This document shows positions 37,988-50,718 of a DNA stretch of 64,000 nt, in pieces. A model generated the notes under the pieces. The model saw nothing but the letters and a program-made list of their open reading frames with translations, searched no databases and was not told where the DNA came from. The position numbers and the translations under genes were made by a program. How positions within the stretch are numbered: position 1 is the first letter of the stretch; the number at the start of each line of letters is the position of its first letter. The DNA comes from Yuukianura sp. NJ FZ-2021 (taxonomy: Eukaryota). The stretch is taken from assembly GCA_046563655.1 (NCBI GenBank), contig CM102284.1, positions 1,860,001 through 1,924,000 on the forward strand. The letters are read 5' to 3'.

Positions 37988-38876
37988 CTAGTTTTTGTTA
38001 TACTTTTTCTTGAGTTGGTCAAAGGCGTTGTCCATGAGTTTGAAATTTGCCGCCCAGATTTTGTTGGTTTCATTGAGTTGTGCGCAGATCGTGTCGATGT
38101 CCTTGAACTGCGCACTCATCGTCCCAATTTGCTGGTTAAACAAAGCAATCTCCGAGGAAAAGAAGGACAATTCGGATTGCAAACTGCTCAGAACGTAGTA
38201 GTTTTGCCAAATCGTACTGTACAGGGCGTCTATAAATAGATCGCACAGTTTTAGTTACATAGGGTATGTATATAGTGTATAACACATTTATATATTATAT
38301 AACACAGTTATGTATACACCAAATGATATATCAAATAGCATGTGTAAATAAATATGATTGTATGTATCAAGGGTCGTAAAAAAACAAATAGTTTATTTTA
38401 CAGCAGGTTGTCCAATAACTCGACTTTTTTAATTTTCTCAACTAATTTGCAAAACTTGCGTCGCCTTGCCTTTCTATTTGATTCTATTTGATAATGATTT
38501 GTAAGTAATTTAATAAGGATTAGGAGGTAAATTGTTTAGAAGAAGATTTTTGCCAACCCCGAGTTATTGGACAACCTGTTGTAGAAATCGGTTGTCGAGG
38601 CACCTTGCTATGTATTTTATAAATTTGAAATCATTCAACTTACTAACTTGGCTGTTGAAGTTGGTAATTTGTGCTTGCGTTTGATCCTAATGTTTAAAAA
38701 GTGTAACATATTGTTGTTTAACAAAAAACAATTTTAATTACAAACAATATTAATATAATAATTACCGTAGTAGTTTGGGTATGAACGATCGCGACTAATG
38801 AAAATAATGTGAACAGAATCCACAAATAGTTGCTCTTTTCGGGCCATGCTGTGCTGCTGGACGCAAAAATAACCAT
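37988..38876 (-). CDS. Secreted predicted coiled-coil protein, paralog P4 (131 aa, 3 exons)
   Basis: Exons 38766-38876, 38644-38686 and 37988-38229, phases 0, 1. Motif WAANFKLMDNAFDQLK. Confidence 0.8.
38401..38581. mobile_element. Tc1/mariner/pogo-type MITE (181 bp) in P4 intron 2
   Basis: 22-bp TIR cagcaggttgtccaataactcg (21/22 match) flanked by TA on both sides. Confidence 0.85.
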
Positions 38877-39263
38877 TTTGAAAAGTAGTTTTTTGAATTT
38901 TTAAATCCCTGCAGGTTTAAAAATAAAAAAAAATTAAAAATTCTAGATTTTTTTTTTTCGAAATGAGCCAATGAGTTATTGACTAGGCTAGGCTGAGAAT
39001 AAGCCAGCCTAATAGGAATTTACATTGAAACCCACTTACAACGCAAGCAATGTTTAATTCAATTACTGTCACAAATTATGTTGCACGACACGTTCTTTTG
39101 AATTCAAAATTTTTGAAAAACAGGAAACGATTTTCAGTGGGGCACTAATTGGCTGAATTCAAGGTTAACAATTTCACTAACTTCGTCATTAACATATTAT
39201 ACAGAATTTTACATTTTTATTTGTATTTTCTTTAGTTTTACAAAGACATTATATTAAGTTCGA

Positions 39264-39807
39264 TTATGACTTTGCTGATTTTGAACCTCCTGGCATAACA
39301 AACTCGACGTTTTTCCTGAGTTGTTTAAATGTCAGCTCCATAATTTGGAAATTTCGAGAATACATTTCATTTTGTTTGGCAAGTTTTTCAACTTGTAGTC
39401 TTGCGGTGTTGTAGTGAGCAGTTAGTTCAATTATTTTTTTGTTGGCGGCATTGATTTGTTTACCGTAGATGTTCATCTCATGGTACATTTGATTCGACTG
39501 ACCAGAGTTCATTGACATTTGATTCGTTAGTGAATCTAGAACATACAAAAATAAAAAAAAATGTTTTGGTTGGAAATTCAACACCAAAATCACTTCTGAG
39601 TCACTTACTTATGTTGTTGTTCAAAGTGTCGATTTTAGCTTGGTACTGCAAAAAAAATTAATTGTGAATATAAGTTACGGAAATATATTTATCCCATCGT
39701 AAATTCCCATTGTCACAACGTAATTACTTTAATTACTTTGGAATTACCTGACAGTATACGAATGTTGCAGAACAAAAGACACAAAAAGTTAAAATAGTTG
39801 CGTACAT
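39264..39807 (-). CDS. Secreted predicted coiled-coil protein, paralog P5 (122 aa, 3 exons)
   Basis: Exons 39748-39807, 39609-39645 and 39264-39535, phases 0, 1. HYNTARLQ.EKL.KQ is shared with P3. Motif YSRNFQIMELTFKQLR. Confidence 0.82.
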
Positions 39808-40327
39808 TTTGCGAATAATTGGAGTAATTTGTTAGCTTGAATTGACCGTAATATATTTACCACTTTTACACAATACGAAATGAGCATTAGGATTAAAATT
39901 GAGGGGAAAAAGTCTATTCAATAAGAAATTCTACAAAATGCAAAAAAAAAACGACCTTGCATTAGGTTTTATTATTGTCCAGTTTTGAAGTTGTAGAGCA
40001 TTGCATGACCAATTAACGTATAAAAAATTTTCTTCAAAACGCTGCTAATAGATCAATGATGGACGCAACGACAACTTCGCCGCAGTTGAACAAAATAAAC
40101 AGGTTGTAAACGGGGCGTAAGCAAGTAGCGAAAGATTCGGTGACGTTTGACCTACTCCACCGCAGGAACGCGAACAAGTTATAAGAAACATCCATGTAAA
40201 TATGTAACCATGAAACTCCGTCACCATGAAGAATTTATATTAAATAAATTATTGAAATTGTATGTATAAGCCTCGAGGTTTTGTAAGAATAGCACTTAAG
40301 TAAATTGTTATAACTAACTTTATAAAG

Positions 40328-42133
40328 TTAAGACTCGTCATCGTCCCCAGACTCTTGTTCTTCGATTTGTCCCGGAGGAGTGTGAATCAGACTTTCAAAT
40401 TCCTGGTCTCGTCTCCTCCGAGCATCTTCCCATTCAACGATGAAGAAAGTATAGGAACCAATGACACAAAAGAATTGCAAAATTCCAAGTTGAACTCGTA
40501 GAGACAGTGAGGATGAATAGAAAAAGGAAACTGCGGCTGCTCCAGATTGTGTAAATCGGAACAACGCAAATGCTGGAGCAGAGTCTTCCGGAAACAGTCC
40601 GCCGAGAATTGAATAGATTTGAGTGTTGAAACAGGAATCACCCAAGCCTAAGGCAAGTCAAACGAGTTCCATGAAACGCAAATTTTCAAACTTCAAAAAG
40701 GTTTAACGCATGCCCAGTGCAAAGATGACCGTTAACTTGCTTACCTAACAGAAAGGCACATAACATGGCCACACCAGCCGACGGTGGGAAGATGTACGAA
40801 AAGTCTTGCGTCGGACCGATTGGTGACTCATTTGGTAGATTCAAAAAGATTAAGAAAAAGGCGATTGTATGTGTTATAAATCCAAGCAAAATTATAGGAT
40901 CTCTTCCTTTCTTGACTGTTCGACTTCCAAGAAGTCCAAATGTGAAGCCGCCCATGACTGCAGAGCATAAAATATACTTGAATACATTATCTTTACTATT
41001 TGAATTGCGATTCGTACCTTCTCCAGCCCCTACGAGAATTCCGCAAAGGCCCACTAGACGTTTGGCTTCCGGGCCAAGGAGATTAGTGAATCCAACTGCT
41101 GCGGAATAGACACCAGAAAAGAAACACAGTTCGATACCCGAGTAGAGGAATGTCCAGAACAAAAGTGTCATTTCCCGCCGTGTGAAGAGGTGCAACGATT
41201 TCTTAAATGCGACTAGAGCACTTCCCTCAGCTGCCGGGTCGGGAAATGGCAGATCACCTGGCAGTAGGTCCACTTGTCGCCTGAAATGCAAAGGCTGTTG
41301 TGATTATTAAATTTTCAATGTACTGGGAAAGAAGATCAAAGCTCACATAGGTGCTCGGAGAAAAAATAATGCAAAGACACCAGCAGTGGCGACGGCTGTT
41401 AGTACGGAGAAAACCAAAGTTCGTGTTGGACCGTCAATCGTTGTTTTTCCTTCAAACTGCCAGAAGACAAAGGAGTTTCCTAGAAACATGCTACGAACAA
41501 CACAAAATCAGTTGACTAATTGAAGACTTTTAATTAGCTCGGTGTATAGGTTAAGTAAGAAAGTAATATACATGTTGTGATCATTACCTGCATTGCAGAA
41601 TCGCCCAAAAGATTCCAGAATTTCGACTCATCGTTTCTTTTGTGGAGGTCAGGGTGAGGTAGCTCCCTTGGGCAGTCCATATCACAGCAGCGCCGACTCC
41701 TAGAATCCCCGACATCAAGTAGAGGACCCATGCAATGGGGTAGAGGAAACTGGCGATGAACAGTGCGTACAGGATTGACCCAGCGATCATGGAACCCTTC
41801 ACACCCACAATAGCCACAATTGACGGAGCCATCCAATTGGCTATGGCAAAAACGGTGTAAATAATAGCGAGGGAGATGTAGCCATCTCCAATATGAATTG
41901 AATCCAAAACCACCTTTTCAATATTCCCTTAAAGCAATTCACAATAACAATTAAAGATTTTCCTGGAGTGACAAGCTTTTAAGGTTCTGATCATCATGCA
42001 ATGTCTCACCCAAAGTCTGGAATGCAGTGAATATCAACATGAATGCGAACGAGACCAGAAGCACACTTTGAAACTGACGATCGCCTGGACAGAAGTCGAA
42101 GGCCCGTAGCCGTGACCTCGTCCACGAAGGCAT
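40328..42133 (-). CDS. MFSD11: UNC93-like MFS protein (about 6 exons)
   Basis: Motifs FMLIFTAFQT, GYISLAIIYTVF, GVGAAVIWTAQGSYLT, SRNSGIFWA, GDSCFNTQIYS and SAPAFALFRFTQS. Confidence 0.9.
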
Positions 42134-42708
42134 CTTGCTCTTCGATTATCTAAAGACAAAGTGAACGTTTACATTATTGTTACCGATGAAGTCAATCCGA
42201 ATGTTGTCAATGAATTCACAAAATACGCCCACCACCACCATCCAGATACCAAAACAAATAAATCAGCTGTTTATAACTTACAGACGAGCTAAGGAGGCAA
42301 GAATAATTGCATTGACAAAAAGAAGCACAAATGACGATCCTCTTCCAGATCCACTAAGGATGATTCATGAATTATTAATTTTAATTAATAATCACCAACT
42401 CCCAAGGTTGAAATATTTAAGCCAAGACGAACTGTTTACTAAAACAACAAGTTGCCAGGAAGAGTAGAATCAAAACATTTGACGTTTCTGACGAATTCCG
42501 AGGATTAGCCTGCAATGATGCTTGTCAATGGTTGACATGTACCAACCCTACAGCATTGTAACCACTAGTAGAACTACGTTTTCACGTCTTGTATGTAAGC
42601 TCCACCTCAGCCGCATGACTAATTAACTTCTCATTAATTGATCAACGTTTATTAACGTTAACTAATGTTGATTTACGTTTTATTATTTTAGGCAGATATC
42701 CAATTTAT

Positions 42709-45700
42709 TTATTTTGAATCAGCAAGTTCATTTGTAGTAGCTTCGATTCCAGCGTCTCCAGCACCTTCCGTACCACCGTCACCAGTTTCCCGGTTAGCAG
42801 CGTTCTCTTTCAAAGCTTTTTCAGCAGCAGCCATAAACAATCGATACTCCGATGGAGGCATCATACCACTGTAAAAATATAAACTTCCCTGTAGAAAATT
42901 TGGAACAACAATTTCCAAGATTTGCCGTAAGTGTGTACACGTTCACTTCACATAAAGTGTCACAATTTCTCAACTTACCGAAAAATCGTGTTCAGTCTGA
43001 CAGAACATCCGCCCTTATTCATTTTTTCAAAAATTTTGAGACATTCTTCTCGTCGTTTGCTACTCTGCAACGTACTTTCCACTGCTTCGATACTGTCCGG
43101 AATCGATGTCGAGTAGTTGAGCAAACTGGTTTCATCCAATGAAAAACTGCGTCCGGCCATAGTTCTTCTTGTATTTTGTGGTACTGAACGTTGTACCGTA
43201 TCAGGTTCGGATTGTTCCGTCTTTTGTTTCGTTTCGTCTTTTGAACTTTCTTGAGCCAATTGCTTTTCCGGAACAGCAGAATCGACCAATCGGATTTCCG
43301 GTTCCTTCTGAACAGAATTTTTGGAAGGATGCTCGTCTTTTATTGTTGCTGGTCGTGGTGGCGGCAGTCGCATTTGGTGAGTTCTAGCAAAAGATTATTA
43401 GAAATGTCAACAAAATTTATGGCATCGCGTGTTTTTCCGAAATTCAATTTGTGCAAATCCGATTTTTGCAAATTTGCAAATTGACCTTTGATTTGACTTT
43501 AAATTGGAACAAAAAACAAGTATTGAAAATCAATACTCCACATGCTAAATCAATTCCTGCTTGTGTCGAAAACAAAAGAGAAAGTGGAGAAAGTCAATTC
43601 GCGAAAAATCTTTTCGCTAAAAAGTTGTGGGAAAAAGGAAATGAGAATTTGCAAAAACTAGTTCTTTGTGGCATCTTATTTGTTCTCACGCTTTCAAAGG
43701 TGGGTGGCGGTGCTTTGGTTTTGGCAAATTTGAGCTGTGGCTGGTGCCATTGATTGGGGCCGTCTTCGGTCGACCGCTGACGACTCCTGTCCCACTTTTC
43801 GCAAAAGTTTTGTAATTCGCGGTGTTTTTTATTGCCAATTTCCTAGTTGGTGAGGGACTGGTAGTAGAAGCAGCAGGAAATTGGCGATGGGATGATTTTT
43901 TAGTGGGTAACTTAGGTTTTTGAACTTCAATTTTTGTGGGAAGTGAGTTCGAACGAGTTTCGCTGAACGATATCCGCTTTTTGACTGCTTCACTTGCGTC
44001 GTTTTTTGAAGTTGCAGCTCCAGAAACTGAAAACCGAAACTTAAAACATAGTATATTTTTTGGTTCAGGTTAAATTGTTTGGGGCAAACGTAAATTGCAT
44101 ACATTGTAGCCACACGATATGTAACCACCAACGCCATTTTGTAACCATCCTGGTTACAGTGAGTGGTTACAATCAATTGGCCATAAAACTTCAAAAACCT
44201 AGCCAAAAACATTGTCACCACCCGGTATAATCACATAGGGGTTGCAAAAAGGGCGGCGATGGTTACACAGCATGGTTACAATTGATACAGTTTAGTTTAC
44301 TTCAACCGTAGTCTTTAAAATCTACAAAGAAATCGTTTGAATTTGAAATAAAACGATTTTGTGGAATGTAAAAATTTATGTGAAAAACTTACGAATTTTT
44401 GGACGAATTTCAACATTGGCGGGGCCATTGACCTTGGTTTGAACTAGTTCAGGTTTCTTAGATTTTGCTGGTGTGCAATTAGGAACTGCAAATTTCGGAG
44501 TCATCGCTACAACCGTGGCGGTAGTTTTCAAATCTTGTCGAAGTTGGGCATCATCAATGCTTCTGGATCTTCCTTTTCTGCTACTGGAAACCATTGTGTC
44601 AACATCTTCCGCCGGACCTTCCACATGCAAACTCCTCCGTCCGGTTTTTATCATGCTGTCACCATACGGTACACAATCCGATTCTGCGCCGTCATCATCA
44701 TCTTCCTCTTCTACGCTCATATTTGAAAATGACGGATGAATTGAAAATGATCGCCCAAATTTTGCTCGTCGCTCCGCCGTGGTCATTCCTGCTGTCCAAT
44801 GACGATTTTCAGTTTCTGGTTTCTGTTTTACCGGTTCCGTTTTACCGGAATCAAGTTTACCGGTTCCGGAATTCGGTTTCTGAGCCGAAACAGTTCTGGA
44901 AAGTTGTTTTGGTTTCTCGGGAGGGGATTTGTGACAAGGATCTTCTGGAGTAACCTCTTCCCACTTTAATTGACTGAGGTCAATCTTGATGATACGTTGA
45001 GGTGGCATGGACGGGAGAGGTTCCATGACGGGATCAGTGACCTCTGGTGACCTTTCTGGCGTATGAGCACTGGCGGGAATTTTGAAATTTACTTTTTGCG
45101 GACTCCGCTCCAGCGAAATTCTTCTTGTGACGAGCGGAAGTTCAGTGTCAGTTTTTGTTTCGTCAACACTTGCACGCCTTTGTAAAAATTTGCCGTTTTG
45201 TTCAGTGTCTCCCGTAGAATTTACCCGATTCATGGTCATCGACTTGATGGGTTTTGCAGTAGTCGGCCGAACCGTACTGTTTTGACAAAAAAATTTATGA
45301 ATTTATGAAAAAAAATTAGTATGATAGCGAAGGTATTATTATAATGTTAGGCTGTCGGTCTGTCTGTCAGTCCGGATCAATGAATACAATGAAGAAGCCT
45401 GGAGGCATGGAGAACCTCTTATGAAGATTGAGAATAAACAGCAAATGAATTTCGTCGAAAAGTAAAGTGGACGAAGAATATGCCAAGAGGCAGGGAAAAC
45501 CTGTTACTATGATTTTGAATGAAAGAGAAGATGAATTTCATGGAAAAATTAACTATAAAGCAGACGTTTAAAAGGCAATATGTTTACTTGTTAACCATAA
45601 TTTCATAGATTTTGTAATCAACGAACCCTTAACATGTCTGATGATGATGAATGAAATAAATTTTCATGTGAAATCTCGTCGAAACCAGATTCCTTTGTTT

Positions 45701-46083
45701 TCTTTTTCAAGTCCGAAGAAGTAACCATTAATTCCCAATTACTGTATAAACTGATTTCTCACTTCCGTTAATTTTTTTATGTCCGTTTTACAACCGGTTT
45801 ATTTTTTAGTCCTTTCAAAAATTGAATCCAATTCTTCGTACCTCTTCTGCCGTTGGACTGGAACGGATGGTTGAATTTTTTGTGAGATGAGAAATTTTTT
45901 TGGAATGAGCCCATAGAATCTGCTCAGCATTTGAATTTCAGGAATCCGACTTGCCGCCATTTTCGCTTCTTCTGACATTTCTTGCTTTCTGTCAGTTTTC
46001 AACGACTGTTCTAAAGTTTTCGGATTCACAGAAAGACCAGCTTTGATTCGTCCGCTAAATGTACCACCACTTCCAAAATTCAT
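42709..46083 (-). CDS. Uncharacterised, largely low-complexity S/T/K/P-rich protein (675 aa, 5 exons)
   Basis: Exons 45842-46083, 44393-45276, 43690-44026, 42979-43383 and 42709-42868 join in frame. No domain recognised. Confidence 0.72.
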
Positions 46084-46474
46084 AATGTTTCAAAAAAACA
46101 AGTTCCTCCAAACTTTCGAAAAGAGCTACCAGCGCTCTCCACTTTCACCCACGAAGTGAAAACTGGATTTTGAACCTTCTTCCAAAAACTATACAAACAA
46201 GGAAGTGACAACAAAAAGTGAAAGCCGAAAACGCGGTGCCTGGAACAAATCGCTCAATTCCAAAACCCACATGGTTATACACACACTTTTCAAAAGGAAC
46301 AAAATCAATTGACTTTCTCCTGTTACTAAAAAAAAACTCATTCAGTAAACCAGAAAGAAAACGTAGAAATTTCTGAAAATAAAACGAGAAAAAAATGGGA
46401 ATTAATTCTTACTACACTTGTCAAAACTGAAAATAGACTTCGCAATTGCGAGTTCTCGGTTGGCGTAAGGTTAA

Positions 46475-46628
46475 ACGAGCGTTATTGTAGCCACTCAAGG
46501 CTACAACGGGTGGCTACGCTATGCGGCTACTTATGTTGCCACATTAGATTGGCTGCAAATGTTGCCATCGATTGTAGCCAGACAAGATGCCCAGTATGCC
46601 TATATTGTGCGGTTACAATGACGCTCGT
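46475..46628. mobile_element. MITE with TAA target duplication (PIF/Harbinger-like)
   Basis: TIRs acgagcgttattgtagcc / ggttacaatgacgctcgt (16/18 match), TAA on both sides, and internal tgtagcca/ggctac repeats. Confidence 0.65.
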
Positions 46629-46833
46629 TAAACGTTACCTCAACCGAACTTGCCCCAAACGTCAATTTGTGCAATTTTTACGAATCATTTTTTTTACTTT
46701 ATGTTAAAATTCTCCAAAGTATTTAAGCTTAAAACTAAAAGTTACAATTTAGATATAAATAACAATTAAATTACATAAAGTATTAAGGTTATTAAGGTAA
46801 TTGATTACAAAAACGTCAATTTTTCGTTTCGGT

Positions 46834-49800
46834 TCACCCTAATATGTCGCCCCATAAATCGTCGTTAGCGTTGTTGTCTTCTTCAGCCGGTTCTTGTTCG
46901 GCCACATTTTGCTCAGCAGTTTCTTCAACAATGTCGTTTTCCGGAAGCGGTTTGAATTTCCCACTGCTAAAGAGTGTTTGGTATTCGGAAATGCTGCCTA
47001 TGATAGGCACAGCTTCTTCTGAGGGTTCTGGTGGAAGTGGTTCCGGAATTACTTTTTCCCGTCGCAACTTAGTCCTTAATTTACCAATCATGCGGTTCAT
47101 TCTGACATTCTTCTGGACTTTCTTAGTGTTGTACCACCGGTTGAACCAAGTACGAGGATTAGTGTCTTCATCTTCTTCTTCGTACTGATTTCCGGCTGAC
47201 GTCGAGGTGTCTTCGTCCTCATCTTCATCTTGTTCCTCTGTAGACTCATAGCCCTCAGGTCGAGGTTCGCAAGTATGAAATGGCAGTGGTGGTAGAGTCA
47301 GAATGTCGTCGTCTTTGTCCTGATCAGCTGCTGGATCGAATCCACCAATCACAATTCCGTCGTCTTCGAGAAGTTGGTCACCGGACTCGTCCGACGAAAT
47401 GTCTTCGGCGGACAGATGTGACGACGTTGTCGGTTCTGGACGGAACGGAAACGGTACTGGGCGAGTAAAAATGTGCTTCCGTGGAGGTGAGATGTCACGA
47501 CTGGGGTTTTGATCCATTGGCGTAGTACCCGGACCGTTGGGGCAATGTCTTACGTAAGTTTGTGCTACACCATCGTCTTCGTCTTCATCAGTGCTACCGA
47601 TGTCTTCCACTTCAATCTGAATCTGTTCCGGCTTCTTTATGACGATCTCACAACGTTCTGGTTCGGAATCTGGTTCTGCTTCAACTTCATCTTGTTCTTT
47701 CTCAACTTCATCTTGTTCTTCTTCTTCTTGTTCTTCCTCGTCACCACATTCACCGTCTTCGAGCTCCGACATCTCATTGGTTTCCATGACATCAGCTGTC
47801 ACGACAGTATCGTCGGACTGACAAAGTTCCAGAATCTTGGCACGCTCGTCTGCTCGTGATGCCGCGTCAGCAGCATTTTGCACATGCAAAGATACCGGTT
47901 CCTGCTCATCCTCAGAGTCGTCACTGTCGTCTTCCAAAGAGATCACCATTGAAGTTTTAAAGCGTAGATTTGATGAAGTACATACCCCGATGTCACCATT
48001 CTCTGGATTTAGTACTGCGTTATCGTTTAGTCTAAGCGTTATTTCAGCATTATCACTTCGGTCAATGTCACTCGTATTCTCGGTTTGACCTCTGACCTCT
48101 CCTTCATTTTCTTCAGACACCTCAGTCGTAACTGTCACTGGGAGTGGCGGTTCGGGACTTGGAGGAAACGTGGTTTCGTCAATCACAATTTCTGGTTCAG
48201 GTTCCTCAAATTCTAACTTAATCTGCATTGGGTATATATAAGTATTGTCCACGAGGAACCGCGTACTTATTTCTGGAACGGCCAAAGGTCGGGGGTCGGC
48301 TACAATTGGTCGTGTACCCGGGTCAAACCCATCTTGGTCAACATTAAGAGCTTCGTCGATCTTAGAAGAGTCTACATTGATATCCTGGCTTTTGAGTAAA
48401 GCTTTGATAGCCTTAGCTCTATATTCCAATTCCAGTAATTCCATCAGTGTTTTCTGAGGAGGAAGGCCAGGACCGGCTGGGACGTCGTCTTCGCTCTTCT
48501 TCTTCTTTTTCTTCTTGTGTTTCTTTTTCGACTTCTTTGACTCGAGATCAGCTGACGACTTTCGCTTTTTCTTCTTCTTGGGAGAAGGATCTGTAATAAA
48601 CAAAAAAAAAAGTTTTGGATTTTCGTTAAAAACGAACCCTACCCTAATCGGTTATGTGGTGCGTTAGTAGTAGATTTCGATTTGAATTAGATTCGATTCA
48701 ATTAAATCAACTTACCGTCTGGGATTGTTTGTTTCAGTCTCTTTTTAATCTTAGTTACAGATACCCCAGCCTTTTTGGATTTGGTTGGCTTTGCTACTGA
48801 ATTTGTCAACTCAGTATTCAGTAGTTTTCCGTCCATCACATTCGCAATTGTGGCAATGTTCAGAGTATTGAGCTCGTTTAGGCAAATTTCTTCTACTTCA
48901 CGGGCATTCAGATCCTAAAAACAAAACAAATAGCACTTGGAGATAAAATTCGCAAATTCCCACTCGCGATTTTTTTTATACGTTTAGAGGCACGCAGAAA
49001 GACTTACGGCAAACATTGGCGGCACCATGGTTTCCAATTTCTTTCCCTTCAGAATGGACAGTGCTTCCTTGAGTAGTTTGGGCTTGTCATCGATGAAATG
49101 CATCATAGGATGTAGTTCAACGCTCAAATCAAACTCATTCTGCTCCTTTTCCTTGGTCAACTCTGGCTTCCCACGTTCCCCAGAATGTGACCTTGTTCGA
49201 CTCCGAGGGGGAGATCCGTGAGAATGTCTTCTCCTTGTACTAGAAGAGTGGTAGTAATCTCTTGGCCTTCGACTTAAAAACGAATCTGATATCCGATGAT
49301 GGGAGCTGCCGTAAGATCGTTCGCTTCTGGAGTAGTAATCACGATCTCTATCTCGATAGTCATGACTAGAATAGTCGTAGTCCCTTCTACGACTTCTACT
49401 TGATTCAAATGCATCACGTCGTCGCCGTTCCCCATTGTAAACATCAGATCTTACTGACTGTGAAGCGGATAAACTGCTACTACTGCCATGGTAAACGTCC
49501 GGCGGGCGGGTGTAGATAAGGTACTCACGTCGCCTTTTCGCTAGTAACTCTTGTTCAAATCGTGCATCGTCCGCAGTTGGATAAATCCCGACGTAATCAT
49601 GCATGTGGAATGGGAGCCGAGGACGATATGGTTTTGAAAATGAAGGAAAAATACGTGGGGTTTCTGTGGGTCTCTTCAGCTCCTTGTCGTACAAGTAATA
49701 ACGTTGACCCTCCTTTACGGCATTGGCCTTCTCATCATTCCGGGCAGCTACACTACTCGTAGCTTGTTTGACCTTATCAACTGTGGTTGCTCCGTTCCCT

Positions 49801-49937
49801 TCATTTTGGGTTTTACTTGATGATTGACCAGCTACACTTTTAGTCGCGTTTTTATCCTTATTATCCTTCGATGCCGTAGCTTCTTTAGAGTTGGATTTGG
49901 ACAAGTTTTCTCCATCTTTTGACTTCCCATCACTCAT
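46834..49937 (-). CDS. CAAP1: Caspase activity and apoptosis inhibitor 1-like protein (about 961 aa, 3 exons)
   Basis: LHPMMHFIDDKPKLLKEAL..LKGKKL..MVP...EEICLNEL and LMELLELEYRAKAIKALL match the two conserved CAAP1 blocks as recalled. Exons 49008-49937, 48716-48914 and 46834-48590. Confidence 0.75.
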
Positions 49938-50718
49938 AGTTGTACTGCTGTAAGAAGTTACATAAAGAAGATAGATTTTTCAACCACCACCGTCTTTATG
50001 ATACTTTATTCAAATGGCTATCCTTGATCATTACCTCTAATCACTTGATCTAATAAAGTGAACTGGAGCTTTTCAGTTGTCACAATACACATCAACGTTG
50101 ACCTTGACCTGCCCCGAAGTTGAACAAAAAGCTTACCAAAATTGACGACACATGCAAAAAATTGTGTAAGAACGCTGGAATTTTATCAATTTTGTTTCCA
50201 AAGGTTGATTTTACTGTACATTGTCGTGCTTTTTATTTTATTTTGTTTCTCCTCTTTCAAATTTCAAAATTTTTAGTTCCCGCCGTTGCAGAATAGAGGT
50301 ACGACTAATCCGGAGAATTTAACTATCAACAGCTAGAAACTGCGATATGCGATCAATAAATGCCTGTGAATTTGAAGCGCCGCATAATCTCATTTAATAC
50401 AAAAAAAAACTGACTACTAACCAGAATCATGACGCTTACAAAATATAGCATGGATTTTAGAGGAATAGTCTATTCAACCAATGAAAGTTAACGCAGGTCG
50501 CAGGTGATGAATAAAAAGTAAAGTTTCAGTAATCTAGGGATTAGGCAAACCCCCTCACACTGGGTATAACTAAAACTCGGATTTTGCGGAGATTTATTTC
50601 GTAAAGATGTTTTCGTGTTTTTGAAGTGTAAATAAAATTGAGAATTAATTGTTTGGAACTATCGAAGTTTGAAATCCATCGACTACACTGCGTTAAGCTC
50701 TGATTTACTGTTTAATCA

